A DNA stretch of 64,000 nt, from positions 87,606,001 to 87,670,000 of the forward strand of contig NC_043000.1 of NCBI RefSeq assembly GCF_006345805.1, given 5' to 3'. The notes beneath the pieces are model-generated. The model searched no databases, had not been told where the DNA came from, and was given only the letters and a program-made list of their open reading frames with translations. Below are positions 27,329-41,095 of this stretch, one piece after another (within the stretch, counting starts at the first letter, position 1; each line of letters opens with the position of its first letter). The DNA is from Octopus sinensis (lineage: Eukaryota). The translations under genes were made by a program, and so were the position numbers.

Positions 27329-28216
27329 TTTGTTTTAAATATTTTAATTAATTGTATCTTATTTTTCTAATTCTATTTTTTAATTTAAGCAAGAATATAT
27401 TTGTTAAGATATTTCGTATTTTACAAGATCATTTACGTATATTTATCAATTTATCTAATTAAATATTTTATTGTTTTTATCTTTAACCTGAAGAGTGGCT
27501 ATATTTATATTAAACTGATTTTACAATTATTATTACTATTATCATTTCTTAAATATAGCCACGAATCACGTGTCGTTATTTTACCAAATATATACGTTTT
27601 ATTTACAATTTTGCACATTACATAATCATTGTTATATGTTTTATCTTATAATTAATCTTTCTATAATATGTAATTTGTCTAAATGGTATGATTTAATTTT
27701 TCATTATTGAATTGATAAAATGTGTTTTTTTCTAATTTATATATATGAAAGAATACACATATATACACTTAAATACCGCAAATATGCCGCATGTTTTCTA
27801 TACATGGCGCATTCAGCTTGAATATTTCATATAGGTGTTGGTCATAATCTTATAGAACACTTTTGATGAATAAACATCTTGATTAGACGAATTAAGATGT
27901 GTTTTGTGAAACTGATGCGTGGTTAATAACCATTATGCAAAATAATGCAAATTGATCACAAAAGAATTAGTATATATATATATATATATATATATATAGG
28001 CATAATTAAATCTCAGAATGAGATTGAAACAGTAATCGCTCGATAATGTAAAGTATAGAAGCCATCTTATCATGGCTAACCACATTGGGGAGGGGGTGTT
28101 ACTGTAGCTTTATAGCCCCAAGAGATCTCCGTCTCAAGCTGGCTTTAGACACAATATCTGTGTCCTTGGAGTATTTGCAAAGGGAGGCCATCCCTTCCTC
28201 GCAAGCCTGAGTGATA

Positions 28217-28259
28217 CGCTCGAACTAGTTTCGGGATTGTTGTCCCTCGTCAACGGGCG
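28217..28259 (-). ncRNA. Type I hammerhead (C3U variant)
   Basis: CGCCCG-TTGACGA-GGGA caacaa TCCC-GAAAC-TA-GTTC-GAGCG; lies downstream of the PLE fragment. Confidence 0.6.
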
Positions 28260-28269
28260 GTAACCACCA

Positions 28270-29027
28270 GGTAGCGATGAAAGAGAGTGGGGTAGAAGTG
28301 GGGTATGGGAGGACGAGAATGGGGTAGAAGTGGGGTATGTGGGAGTGGGTGCAAGGGATGGGACGGTTAGAGGTAGGGTGGTGGGGTGGCAGGTGATGGG
28401 AAATGGTTGACGGGAGACGGCAGAGAGGGTGTGGGGGTAGAGAGCAGATGTACGGTCCACGGAACGTGCTCTGGCAAGGGAGGTCTGGATAGTAGTGAGG
28501 GGATATCCACGTAGGATGAAGTGGCGAGCCATGAGTTGAAACTGAGTCTCAAAGTCATGGTCGTCACTGCAGAGCGTACGTAGACGGAGGAATTGGGAAT
28601 AGGGGATGGAGAGCTTGGTGTGTTTAGAGTGTGAGTAGGAGAAGTTTAGGTATGAGTGTGAGTCTGTGTATTTGTAGTAGATGGAGGTGGTAAGAGTGAA
28701 GTGATGAATGCTGACCGAAATATCAAGAAATGAGACAGAAGTGTCAGAGAGAGTGCAGGAGAAGTGAAGGGCAGGATGGAAAAATTTGACAAAAGGAGTC
28801 TAGATGTTTGCAGGAGAGGGAGGTCACATCAATACATTCATCAATATAACGGCCGCATAGTTCGGGAGTAGGACCAGTGAAACTTGAGAATATTTGGGCC
28901 TCAACGCAGCCAACGAACAGGTTCGCATATTTGGGGCCTATTCTCGTACCCATGGCCACTCCCGAGACTTGCTGGTAAAACTTGCCAGCGAAGGAGAAGC
29001 AGTTGAGTGAGAGGACAAGTTCGGCCA
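28270..29027 (-). mobile_element. Penelope-like element RT fragment
   Basis: [38 protein letters not shown]...GRYIDECI; RLRTLCSDDHDF; MARHFILRGYP. Confidence 0.88.
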
Positions 29028-29049
29028 GATACATACATACATACATACA

Positions 29050-29085
<36 letters not shown>

Positions 29086-29162
29086 CATATATATATATAA
29101 TTATATATATTTACATGACATATATACATACATACATATATACATATATATTTACACGTATA

Positions 29163-29270
29163 TACGAGGGGTGTATGAAAAGTCTTGAGCCTCAAAAACA
29201 CAAAACATGTTACAAGACCTCTGATGAAGGTACAAGACTTCAAGGCTCAAAACATTTCTTACGCCCCTCG

Positions 29271-29272
<2 letters not shown>
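29163..29272. mobile_element. Mariner-type MITE (about 110 bp)
   Basis: TA-CGAGGGGTGTATGAAAAGTCTTGAGCCT ... AGGCTCAAAACATTTCTTACGCCCCTCG-TA; roughly 28-bp TIRs with TA target-site duplication. Confidence 0.85.
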
Positions 29273-29303
<31 letters not shown>

Positions 29304-29384
29304 ACGTATGTATTTATATGTACATATATTATATATATACACACGCACGCACCCACCCACATACACACACATATATATATATAC

Positions 29385-29415
<31 letters not shown>

Positions 29416-31549
29416 TGTATGTATGTATGTATATGTGTGTTTATGTGTGAGTATGTTTTAAAATGTATTGAACACAATCGAAAATTTGCCTTGTTGAACA
29501 TTTGATGAAGATAACCAAGCTTGTATATATGTACAAATATTATATTATAAACTACGCATATTATATTATGAATATATATTTTTGACATATCGCGCTTAGG
29601 CAATATTAATATTACTGTATCTACTCAGTGTTTCCAATGCAAGGCATAATCCAATTTATTTATTAACGTTTACGATAAACAGAAAAATTACTCCTTTGAT
29701 ACAAACAAAAAAAAAGAGACAGAAAGGAAAAAAATATGTTCATAAGGCTTGATTATGTAGAACAGATAAAGTTGACTCCAGCCAGAAGCAGTTTAATGAA
29801 TTATAAATTTAATTCATCACCTGGCCACCTGTCTAAGAGTAGGCACTGCTCTTAGCTCTCTTTAATTCGTTTACTATTTCGATCTTTGAACTGAAAGCGT
29901 GTTTCAAGTAATATATATTGTTTTTTCCTATATTTAACTTATAATTATATTTTCTTTGTTTATTCTGTTCTTTCTCAATCAGCTTTCACTGAAAGTTATC
30001 TACCTTCTGTTTTGCTCACATACTAATGTGATAATTGTTAATCCCGCCCTGTCTCTCTTCCCCCACCTCTTTCTGTCTCTCTATATCCCTCTCTGTAACT
30101 TTCTCTCTCTCACTCACTTTCTTTATCTTTATCTTTTTCTATCGTCAATCTTTCGACAATCCTCTTATCGTTCTCCAGTCTCGTTTTCAGTCGAGTGTAG
30201 AATAAATAAGAGAGAAGAAACCAGAATATATGTCACTGGAAATAGATCATATCCTTACTATTTCAAATAAACTATTTTGTAATGGATTGACACTGCAAAT
30301 TGATGAAGGGAACAACGAAATATCAGTTCTTTCACGCTAGTAGTATAAATTCTTCTTAGAGGGAGTCTATAATGATAATTTACTTTCTTCCAATCTTTTT
30401 TCATTATACGAAGCAAATTCTTATTCTACGACAAATTCCACTAATAAAATGTATTGGTCTAAAGAAAAGGTACGAAATTGATCGGCACAAAATCGCTTGT
30501 CAACACACTCCCGAACATCACTATTCCACCTCCATTTCCACCTTTATTCCATCTCCACTATCTTTTATCATTTCAGTAGCTGTTGTAGTACCCTCTGTTC
30601 TCCAGAGCTTGCTGGTCTTGTTTTACATAAACTAATAAACTTCCAGTTCATATACTTCTGAACCTCACGTTATTAGTATTTTAGATCCACTCCAGGCTTG
30701 GCACCGGCTACTATATCCAGTCCAATCGCTCAGAAGCGTTGGTCCATAGGAATCTTCTCTCTGTCTATGATTCTCTTGCATTTGTGGGCTGTAACTATTA
30801 AGAGGTAATATTAACTTCGTCGGAGCTGTGAAGACAATTGCTCAGCACCTTTTTGTTGATCAAACGTAAGAAGAAAAAAACGAGAAGGAAAAAATGTGTT
30901 GCAGCTGAATATGTTGTTTGGTTGTATGTCTCAATGTGTCTCCATTTTCCATTACCCCTTCCTGTCCATCTGCCTGTCACTGGAACGGAAGTAGTGGGAT
31001 GACAGGTTCAAGTGCGATTTGTTTTTATATACTTAGTGCGTAGGAAGGGAAGGACGCATGACGTCCTAAACTGGTAACGTAATGCTTGTAATATTCCGCT
31101 TATACCTTTTCATGTCAACACCTGCAGGAAAGACTTAAGCAGGGAAGAAATTCCAGGAAGACGATGTCCTAGGAAGAAATAATTGGAGATAATATTTAGT
31201 AAAGGGCTGAAGAGGGCAGTTGTAAGCACCAAATCTGATGAAATGTAGAGAGACAAGTGTTTCACAGTTGTCTGAATAGAAGAAGTACGATACCAGTCAG
31301 TTCCGAGGAGCAGAAGCCCTTTCATAGCGATATCAATAGTAAACGGTCTTGCACACATTTTCAGACTGACTTTAATGGAATTAGCAATACTTATGATGCT
31401 GATTGGTTTATGTTCTTTGTCAGAGACATTTTTGTTTGATGTTTTCTACTGTTTAGCCTTCTCTTTTTTAAAAGATCACGTAACACATTACTTAGTTTTC
31501 CCATTTTGTACCACTAACATGAAGTCCTTAACTTCTACGCTAATTTTAA

Positions 31550-33150
31550 ACAACGCCTGAGAAATCCAAAAAGTTTTATGGAGTCATAGTACCAGAATCT
31601 TTGTTGCAGAAGCTTCAATTCGTTCTAGCCTAGATGACACATAATCTGTTACACGCAACATTCATTTCATTATTCATTCGGTTCTGATCGTGCCTTCAGG
31701 CGACAGCAAGATAATTCCACCTTCTAACTCTGAAAGTGTCCTTGACAGCTTGTTCCATTGTTAACCCTCTACTTTTAAGATCTTATGTTATTATTCTCCG
31801 TCACGTTTCCTTTGATCGGCAACACCCATTTCTTATTCCTCTATTAAGAGTCATGTCCTATTTATAATTCCTTTCTACGGGGCCTCAATTCGACAAGTGG
31901 TGACATAGTGAGTATAGTCCAATCTTTCTGTCAATAGCCACTCATCTAGATATCAACAACAAGGACTCTCAGTTACACAAGTTAAAAACTCTCCCTTTCT
32001 CATTTCTCCAAATACATCTGTTCAGTCTATCTCTTCAAACACCAAAAACACTTCGACCGTATCCTGTCCTGCATTAAGGAGATATATCTCAATTAAACCC
32101 TCTTCGAAGTCGTAACTCCTTTTGGTTCTCAAACTCATTCCATATTGATGGTTCTGGTCCAGAAAAAAGAATCTTTTGTATCCTTGATTCTCTCTTACAT
32201 GACCTAATTTCATCCCTAACGCGCATCACTAGCTCACTAGTGCTTTATTGTCGATCCATTGAAAGTAATTAAACCATTGAGGCGTGTGAATGAAATCCTC
32301 CTTTCAGTTATGTCCTTCTACATCCCAAACCGAAGAACTCAATGATCCAAGTTTCTTAAGTGACTCATTGTTGCACTCCAACATTTTACGTAAAATTTCA
32401 AGGCATACAACGCCTTTTCCTTAACCTTTCAATCCTGGACGGTGTTTATTTCGAATATCTCAAATATAATGAAAATAACCATTAACAATGACCTTCTATA
32501 ACATCTTGAGTTTCTGTCCTCAATGATCACCAGTATGTCTTTCATAATGTTAGATCTAAGAGAGACTTACTATTTTGTGGGCTGTTACCTTTTAGAAACG
32601 TAGGAAAATCAATACTGTTTCCCTCGACAGCAGACACACTTCTGACAAGGACCTGCATGCGAATCTCCTGTTAAAATTTAAAACTTAGTCCGTCTCCCAT
32701 CTTTCTTGGAATGGCAGCTTTCGATTGGATCGCAACAACGTGATACGTCCTTCTGAAGCTCTGTCTGTCTCACACCTATACTTATCAACTCTGGCGTATC
32801 CCAGGATTCAGTCCTGATCTCATCCACAATCTATCTTACCTACATCAATGTTACTTTTGCGGTCGCGTTCGACGACTCCACCCCAAAACTAATACAAAAA
32901 ATTCTGCTCTTCATTCCTCGGAGACAGTTTGTCTCGTACAACTTCCACTCAGGCACCTTCAAGTCATTCTCCTTCTTCTTTCATCATCCATGTTTGCTGA
33001 ACTCCCAAACCCTGGCTAACACTTACTCTCCCTCCTACCTCCCTCAAAACGTTGACCTTCTGGAATTCCTTGCTGCTAATATCGTTCCTGCAATCATAAC
33101 CGTGCAACAATTTAAGCGGAATGTTAACAGTATTAAGTCTGACAGATCTT
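31550..33150 (+). mobile_element. Old decayed LINE (Jockey/CR1-like) remnant
   Basis: CCCAGGATTCAGTCCTG...TACATCAATG near 32800 resembles PQGSVL...YIND; many stops; pyrimidine-rich LINE-like composition. Confidence 0.4.
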
Positions 33151-33894
33151 GAAATACCAGAGAAAGCCGAAGATACTGCTCCTTTCTACAAACCTACAAA
33201 TTAAAAAAAAAATTAATGTAAATATAACAAAACAGATAGAAGGCTGTTGAATCAAGTTCATTGTTTAGTTTTGTCAAATTGCTTTCATTTCTATGAATTG
33301 ATAACGTGAGCACCAATTGATAACATAAGTACCTGATTAAATTTCCACCGATTGTATTCCTTCAGTCTAAATATTTGGGTTTGCTTCTATATCAGAAACC
33401 ATATTATAATTTGCTATTTAATACAGTTTGGTTATGCTAGTCAAAAAGAAACCAATCCTATTAAATGTTTACAACAATCTATTTAAACAGAAATATTTCT
33501 AAGACATCATCAAAAGATCAGATTTATATTTCTTAAACGCAAAGAGATCTTTTCCTTTTGAAGCTTTCAATCCAGTTTTATTTATAGTTTAACAACGATT
33601 TTTCAAACAAACTCTCATCAATAAAGTGAACTATGCAGACAGTATATCATACGCTCACAATAACGTGCAAATAACATGAATATTGCAAGTTTGGTTGTGT
33701 GATTTACATGGGTATGCTACAAATATATGATTCCAGATTACATCAGATTGCATCTCTCCTGGGCAGGTATTTTTTTACTACAGTCTTCGGTTAATAAATG
33801 CTTTGTTATTTGAACTTGGGTAGTTGATCAATTATGGTATCTATATCTTGTATTCAACTTCGCTTTTCATTTGCTTCAGACTTTCTATTTAAAT

Positions 33895-34098
33895 AATGGT
33901 TTCAAATTTTGGCACAAGACCAGCAAATTCGGGTGCGGGGTTAAATCGATTACATCGACATTAGTGTTTAAAGGGTACTTATTTTATCTATTCCAAAAGG
34001 ATGACATGCAACGTCGACCTTGGTGGAATTTGAACTCAGAACGTAAAGACGGACGAATTTCCTCTAAGCATGCAAACGATTCTGCCAGCTCGCCTCCT
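33895..34098 (-). mobile_element. SINE family B
   Basis: Homology to 21325-21540. Confidence 0.8.
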
Positions 34099-36680
34099 TG
34101 ACTTTCTACTTAATAATAGCTTAGGTAAACGTTGGTTAGCTGGTTGGTTGGTTGGTTGGTTGGTTTCTTTAGTCATGTTTTACATCGTATAGGGAGAGGT
34201 ACAGAAAGACTTCAAAAGAGAGACATAGAGAGAATTAACACAGGAGGTTCAGGGGGAGTGTCAACTTTCTGGCAAATACAATTTTTTTTTAAATGGAATT
34301 TTGCAGAGATAAGTTTTCAATTGAGTAGGTTACGACTATGTTGATAAAATCTTAAAAAATAACAACGTATGTTTATTGCAAATATGCATATGAGAAATTT
34401 GTTATATCTAATTATATTTTAAGGTAATAAATATTTTTCGTTTGAAAAATTAATATTTGTATATAATTACTAAGAAATTTTATAAAAGTTAAATTATAAT
34501 TCTTGTATGAATGCCATATTTTCTAATATTCTCCGCAGTGACAAAGTCAATAAAATAATGAATATACCCTTTACCTATAAACATGTCCTTGTGTTTAAAC
34601 AGAAGTAATTAATAGTATTTTGTGTTTAGTATATTATTTAGCTTCGAGCTTCTATATTTTGAATATTAATAGTATCGATGTTAACTTCATCGTTCTCGCA
34701 GCTCGCTTCCAACGACTTTACCATATTTCAATATAGCCTGACCTTGTATTTAGTACAAAAATCAATACTACTTTCAGTGAAATAGAAACAAAATGAATCA
34801 AAAATCGATAAAAAAATATTTCTTAATGATTTTCTTTTAATGAAATTTTTCTTCTTTTAGCATTTATGATGATTCTTCCTTTACGTGAATGCTACAAAGT
34901 CACAAGGAGAGATCGTATGCTTAAGAAAGATACCTCAGTGAAGTATTGCTCAATAGCAATGCTTCAACAATTACCAAGATTCAAAGCGTTTACCAAGCAG
35001 AAAAAAAGGATTCAGCGTGAAAATTCAAAATTCAATAGAAAAACACGGTAAATATGATATTTTTGATTGATTTATGTCTTCCACTTCTAAAAGAAAGTAA
35101 ACCTTACATGTCAAAAATCTCGCCTCGAATAGAAATTATATGCTATGACGATTTATAATGTTTTCTAATCATTTATAATGTTGTGTGAATTTAGTATTCG
35201 AATTTTCTTTATCTCTAGTGTTTGATATATGAATTATTCATTTGCTGAAAAGTATGAGCGATACATATATACTTCGGCATCCTCAGTATCGATATCATGG
35301 ATATTTGACATGGTTCACTGCCAAAAGCTATTAGGAGCAGTCAAACAATATCTGTTGACAGTGCACGATTAATCTTTCTGCTAGCTGATGTAAAACTGCA
35401 CGCACAAAGGTGAAATTCTTACCCAGCATTGTTTCGGTGTTTTAGAACACCAAATGGAATGTCAATAAAGCAACTTGATCGAGGCGAACCAAAAACGGTT
35501 TGTCTTGTTGTCTGACACTCTATCGCGTCGCACAACTGGGACTGCCAAGAAATCAAAATGAATGTGCAAACCAAAGTTTGTAATTAAGCACGTTTTTTCA
35601 TAAATAAATAAATGAATAAATAAATAAATTCACTTGTCAGATCATTTAAAATTTTGATTTAACAATTCGTACTAATCGAATTGGATTAAGAAAAATGTTT
35701 TCGTGTTAACAAACGAAAAATTGAAATAGGTCATCGGATCTTGAAAAAATAATAGAAATGAATATTTAAAAATTTGTCTTAAGGTAAATTAACTTTAGAG
35801 AGCAATTAAGATATTCTCCTCTTTACTTTATTTGAGATAATTATTTTTCAGATTTCCCGAGAGATTTTTTTTCTAAAACAAAAACGAAAAACATTGATCC
35901 ATCCCATTTTTTTTATTAATTCATTCTTTGACTTGACAAAAAATATTACCTCCACTATTATCATGATGCAAATGAGTGAAAGTACAATTAATAAGGCTCT
36001 TTGCTGATAATTAGTTGAACAGTCCTGCGGTGAAATGTTCTTTCTTCTTTTTGGTTTTCTTACTTCAAGCAAATCCTATTAATTTTTTTCTCGGTATTCA
36101 AAATAATAAAAGAAACTAGAGAAAATAAAAAAGAAAGCTTTCTATTCTTACGCAAACTATTCATTTATTGGTGGAAAATGATCTGGGGCGGAAAAAAGGT
36201 TACCGAAAAGGCATTTTTGATGCGTTCTTGAAAGAAGTATTAAACTTTAAAATAGCTGAGAAATCTCTTAGCTAATAAACGACATCTTCGTTTATCAATT
36301 CCTAATAAGTATGACTTACCATAATAAAGTATTTACTTGTTATGCTTAATTTAGCTGCTTGAGAGAAAGCAGGCAATTAATCAATTAATGTCTAATTTAT
36401 GATTAACTCCTTCTCAGACTAATTATTTCCCTTAAAGCTTTTTATTTTTAATCAATTTCTTTTTTACTTAAAATAAAAAGTTTTTGTTTATTATTGCTGA
36501 AAAATGTTTTCTATTCAATATTTTATGATTTGCTCAGAAATACATGATGCACAGTATAAACTCATTCTGGCCATCATGCGTATCTCATTTTATTTTAAAC
36601 ACGCGTTTTATAATTATAATCATAAGGTTCCAGAAAAGAATTTTAGTGATTATTAATTGAAGAACTAAATTTAAGTTACC

Positions 36681-36895
36681 TTTTACTTGTTTAAGTCATT
36701 TGACTGCGGCCATGCTGAAGCACCACCTTGAAAGGTTTTAGTCGAACAAATCGAACAAACGCCGGTACTTATACAATTGCCTTTTTTTGTGGAACTGCTA
36801 AGTTACGGGGGCATAATCACACCAACACCGGTTGTAAAGCGGTGGTGGGGACAAACAGACGCAAAGACATATACATACGTACATACATACACACG

Positions 36896-36930
<35 letters not shown>

Positions 36931-37519
36931 ATATATAAAGTAATGGTTATTGCCACTTAAATATGGCTGTTCCGTAGGAACCGACGTTATTACCATTTTA
37001 ACGCCAGGGAGACATCTCCAGATGGTTATTCGATGCAACCTGTACCCGATATATATTGCAATCAAAGGAGTGAAGCCCTACCATATTCCAGCCACGAGAC
37101 CACCAGACCGTACGGTTTCGAGCTCTTTGTACTCATCCTCGGTAGTAGAAAATTTTTATAAGAGATGAAAGCAGCAACTATACTGAGAAGTAATGGTTAT
37201 CACCACTTAAACATAGATGTTCCGTAGGAAGTGATGCTACTACCATTTTAACTACAGGAGGACGCCTCCACCAGCTGCTTATTTCATGCAATCTGCACCA
37301 TGGAGTTAAAATTGTAGTAACGTCGGTTCCTATGGAACAACCATGTTTAAGTGGCGATAACCATTACTTTGCGCTTCTTTCAGTTTCCGGCTACCAAATT
37401 CACTCACATGGCCCGAGGCTATACAAAAAAACACTCACTAAGGTATCACACAGTGGGACTGAACCCGGAATCATATGGTTGGGAAAGCTTCTTATCACAC
37501 AGCTACGCCTGCGCCTGCG
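36681..37519 (-). mobile_element. SINE family A split by an insertion at 36937-37370
   Basis: Tail half 36681-36935, head half 37371-37519. Confidence 0.8.
36937..37370 (-). mobile_element. Retrozyme-like or mini-PLE insert (250-bp partial tandem plus inverted end)
   Basis: 36938-37048 repeated at 37188-37298; 37305-37370 is an inverted copy of 36937-37002; HHR-like motif at 37100-37145. Confidence 0.6.
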
Positions 37520-37762
37520 TTATATAGATTCGAAAAAGGAAAATCAATTTGTATGGAAATTTAGGGCCTATACATGCTTTAAGGCAGGTATGGAGGTGTT
37601 GGCTATTCCCGGAGTTTTCTGTAACTTTGGGTTTGTATTTCAGTTGTCTGGAACTACCTAGATTTTGTTTTGCTCATATAACTTTCTTTTCTTTTCAGAT
37701 GTCAAAGACAATTCATATCTCTTCCATTTCGAATTATTCTAGATGCTGGAAAGAACTAGACG

Positions 37763-37763
37763 A

Positions 37764-37804
<41 letters not shown>

Positions 37805-37807
37805 AAC
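37763..37807. repeat. (GAAA)n microsatellite
   Basis: Direct reading. Confidence 0.9.
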
Positions 37808-38174
37808 AATTCAGACCTCAATGCATAACAAGAAAATTATTATGAAAGTCGATATCGGGAAGATAAGCATCTAGACTAAAAGTGTGATTTCATGATAGCG
37901 ATACGAAAATAGGGCCAGGTATGTTGTTAAGCGAGGAGACTTTTATAAGTACATGGAATTGCCATTTTTTCTGAAAGGCAACGTTTTTTTTATGCTGACA
38001 ACACAAAAATCCATTACACAGAAAAAATTGCTTTTACTATTTTTATTCTCTTGGTTGTATCATGTAAACATGAGCCGGTTACTACATGAATCAGGTACCA
38101 CGTTATCTATAATAAAGCAAAAATCCTTAATGATTAAAGACAAAATAATATCAAAACATTTCCTTATCTGATTC

Positions 38175-38213
<39 letters not shown>

Positions 38214-38254
38214 GTTGTTGTTGTTGTTGTTGCTGTTGTTGTTGTTGTTTCATC

Positions 38255-38444
38255 TTTTACTTGTTTCAGTCATTAGACTGCGACCATGCTGTTGCATCGT
38301 CTTGAAGAATTTTAGTCGAAAAAATGCGGCCCCAGTACTTAATATTTTTTAGGCCTGCTACTTATTATATCGTTTTCGTCGAGCCGCTGTCTTACGGGGA
38401 CGTAAACACACTAGCACCGGTTGTCAAGTAATGCTAGACAAACA

Positions 38445-38479
<35 letters not shown>

Positions 38480-38620
38480 CAGTTTCTTAAGTTTTTATCT
38501 ATCAAATCCACTCAAGGGTTTGGTCATCCCGAAGCAATAGTAGGTGCCATGCATTGGGGCTGAACTCGGAACCATGTAATTGAGAAGCAAACTTCTTCCT
38601 ACACAGCCTTGTTTGCCCCT
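38255..38620 (-). mobile_element. SINE family A, diverged
   Basis: Homology to 14311-14720. Confidence 0.8.
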
Positions 38621-38664
38621 TGGTGATGTTGATGTTGCTGCTGTTGTTATTATTATCAAAAGTT

Positions 38665-38875
38665 GCAAGCTGGCAGGGTCTTTAGCACACCGAACAAATT
38701 AGAGGCATTTTATCCATCTTTACGTTTAGAGTTCAAAATCTGCCGAGGTCGATTTCGCCTTTGATACTTTCAAGATCGATGAAACAAGTATTAGTTGAAC
38801 ACTGAGGTCAATATAATCGACTTACTCTTTCCCACAATATTTTTAGCCTTGTGTCTATAGTAGAAAGGATTATTA
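38665..38875 (+). mobile_element. SINE family B
   Basis: GCTGGCAG head ... GTCTATAGTAGAAAGGATTATT tail. Confidence 0.75.
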
Positions 38876-39139
38876 ATTGGGCGGAGGCACAATACTTAGC
38901 GGCACGTCTTACAGAGAAAAGGAAAAGGCTTTCAATAAAAGCATAGTAAAAGTACCGGAGGACCTGAAATTGGTAACGTTGCTATTAGATAGATGTCGGA
39001 AAATGAATTTCCCGCATGGTGTTGAGCATCCTAGCATTACAGTCTCGGATAGGCTACTTCAAGGTTTACTCAAGGACCCTCACTCAGAGAAGGGTCTTTG
39101 AGACAGTCGATTGCCTACTGAAATCCCATTAGGACATGT

Positions 39140-40700
39140 GGCACTCTTTTATTCGCACCTTCCCTCCTACTAACATAGCCACTTTAAGAGTGAGTTGCAT
39201 AAATGCACGGGGCCTGGGATCACCGTGTTATCAGTGGTGCCTGCTCAATTGCCTCAGCTCACTAGCTGTGAAAGTGATAGCCATCAGCGGGACATACGTG
39301 ATATTTTTGAGGATTTTGAGATCTATGCATCTCTGAACCGACCTGGAATGGGAAACGGAAAAGCAGCGTTGTTTTCAAAAGTTCTGGGTCCAGGGATACA
39401 GTTGATTTTCGTGGATCTGAACGTTAAGTTGATGGTCCTGGATGTGAACAATAAATAAAAGTTGCCTTCAGATTAGAGCGGGGCAACCAGATTTTTTCAG
39501 ACGTCTGAAGGTTTTTCTCATAATTTCCTAATCTTTAGTGTTAGCGGAAGGTTGGAACGCCATCTTGGATGTACATTTGGATTGTGTGAGGCTAGATAAT
39601 GGGAGAGGGAAGAGCAAAAACATCGCAAACTTGCTCAGACGTTTCCAACTGTCAGAAAGATACCGACTAAATTTCGTGAACGCTTGCGTGCACATGGACA
39701 TGAGCAAATAACATTGAGTTTTCAGATTGTATCAAGACAAAAGTTGTTGGCTGGGTGATAGAGATACTGTAGATTGTGCACTGTTCAAACTGATCAGTTA
39801 CATAAGCCACAAAATTGTGATTTCTGCAGTCGACCTAGACAAGCTTCTTAGGCAGGGACTCCGTTACTGAAAGCCGGACGCGTTACTCCTAGCCGGCAAG
39901 CTTCAAGAGACCAGATTAGCGAATTAGTAAGGCAGGCGTTGACGGTGTCAGTCGTCAATAACTGATTGTGGTTAATCCTGATTAGATTAAAGGGGCTGAA
40001 AGAAATATTGATAAGGAATTCTAGATTAGAGAGAGAAAGCATTCTGACTGTCGTGCTGCGGCGAGGTAGGCCCTTCATCAGTTGATCAACCAAAATCATG
40101 GAGGTTGTGTTGTCAGAGCTAGGGTGTGTTCTATAAGACATAAGGATAACGAAAACCGTTCGATAGGCTAAAGTAGCAGAGGCACAACATGGCAACAAAG
40201 CCACAATTTGGTCTTTGACGGATCGGAAGAGCGCGTTGTATAAGATTTCAAGCAGATGTGGGCGGCTTTCCGATGGTTATTCGCTCCACCATTTGAGGCG
40301 GACGGTGGACCGGAAACGAAGTGGCCTTTATTACCTTTCTCAACAGCCTTCTGCGGTTCTCGCATAAGGATACAAAGTTCTGAAAATAAATGCTGATGAA
40401 ATGCGAAAAATGATAACGGGCTGCAACAGACGCCGGCGAAAATTGGATAGTTTGCCCTACGATCTTTATCATCATATACCAAACTCGACTGAGGGCCTAT
40501 TGGTAGGTGTCTACTGCAACAGGCAGCATAACGCGGGAATTCCCAGTCCCGCGAAACGAGATGTGGTAGTGCTCCTAAGTGTGAAACACAAAGAGGAAGT
40601 AGGGTATCCATCAACCTCCACTTCTGACATAATGATCCAACAAGCTCGAGATAATGTTCTGGCAAAATGGTGAGTGATCCATGATAGGGTGAGATGTGCA
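39140..40700 (+). mobile_element. Decayed Tx1/L1-like LINE (APE endonuclease to start of RT)
   Basis: RVSCINARGL (APE motif I), LAEGWNAILD (GDFN-like), KLDSLPYDLY (PGxDGLPxEFY-like); frameshifts and stops. Confidence 0.65.
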
Positions 40701-41062
40701 AATTAGTCATGAATCCAACCTCAACTCTAACTATTCTCACCAAAAACGCTTCATATTCATCGTTGGAGCAGTCTAGTGTGAGTTGACAAACCTTTGCACG
40801 ATTGCGCTTATTTGCTTCGGTAAGTTCTCTTGACATTCATCTGTTACAGACTTTACTGATGTGAAGCTTATTGTGGTGGATTTCGTCTGCAGAATCATGA
40901 CAATGCATGCACACATACAGCCACTCACATCGTCGAAACCATGGTTTCGAGTTGTTGGGACACTCTTGATACAGTCTAAGTCTCGCTCCTTCCGACTATC
41001 ACCTATTTGGCTCGTTCAAACATCTTTTATGAGGTCGTCGATTTATCTACCTTCTGTATATG

Positions 41063-41095
<33 letters not shown>

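Noticed and set aside
26200-27750. Extremely AT-rich 1.5-kb stretch; considered a mitochondrial insertion
   Set aside because: No recognisable mitochondrial gene, rRNA or tRNA motif; more likely decayed repeat sequence
29221-29245. CTGATGA inside the mariner MITE
   Set aside because: No downstream stem II-GAAA-stem III; chance match
36937-37370. Simple MITE interpretation
   Set aside because: No matching target duplication on the right; the internal 250-bp direct repeat and HHR-like motif fit a retro-derived structure better, though a MITE is not fully excluded
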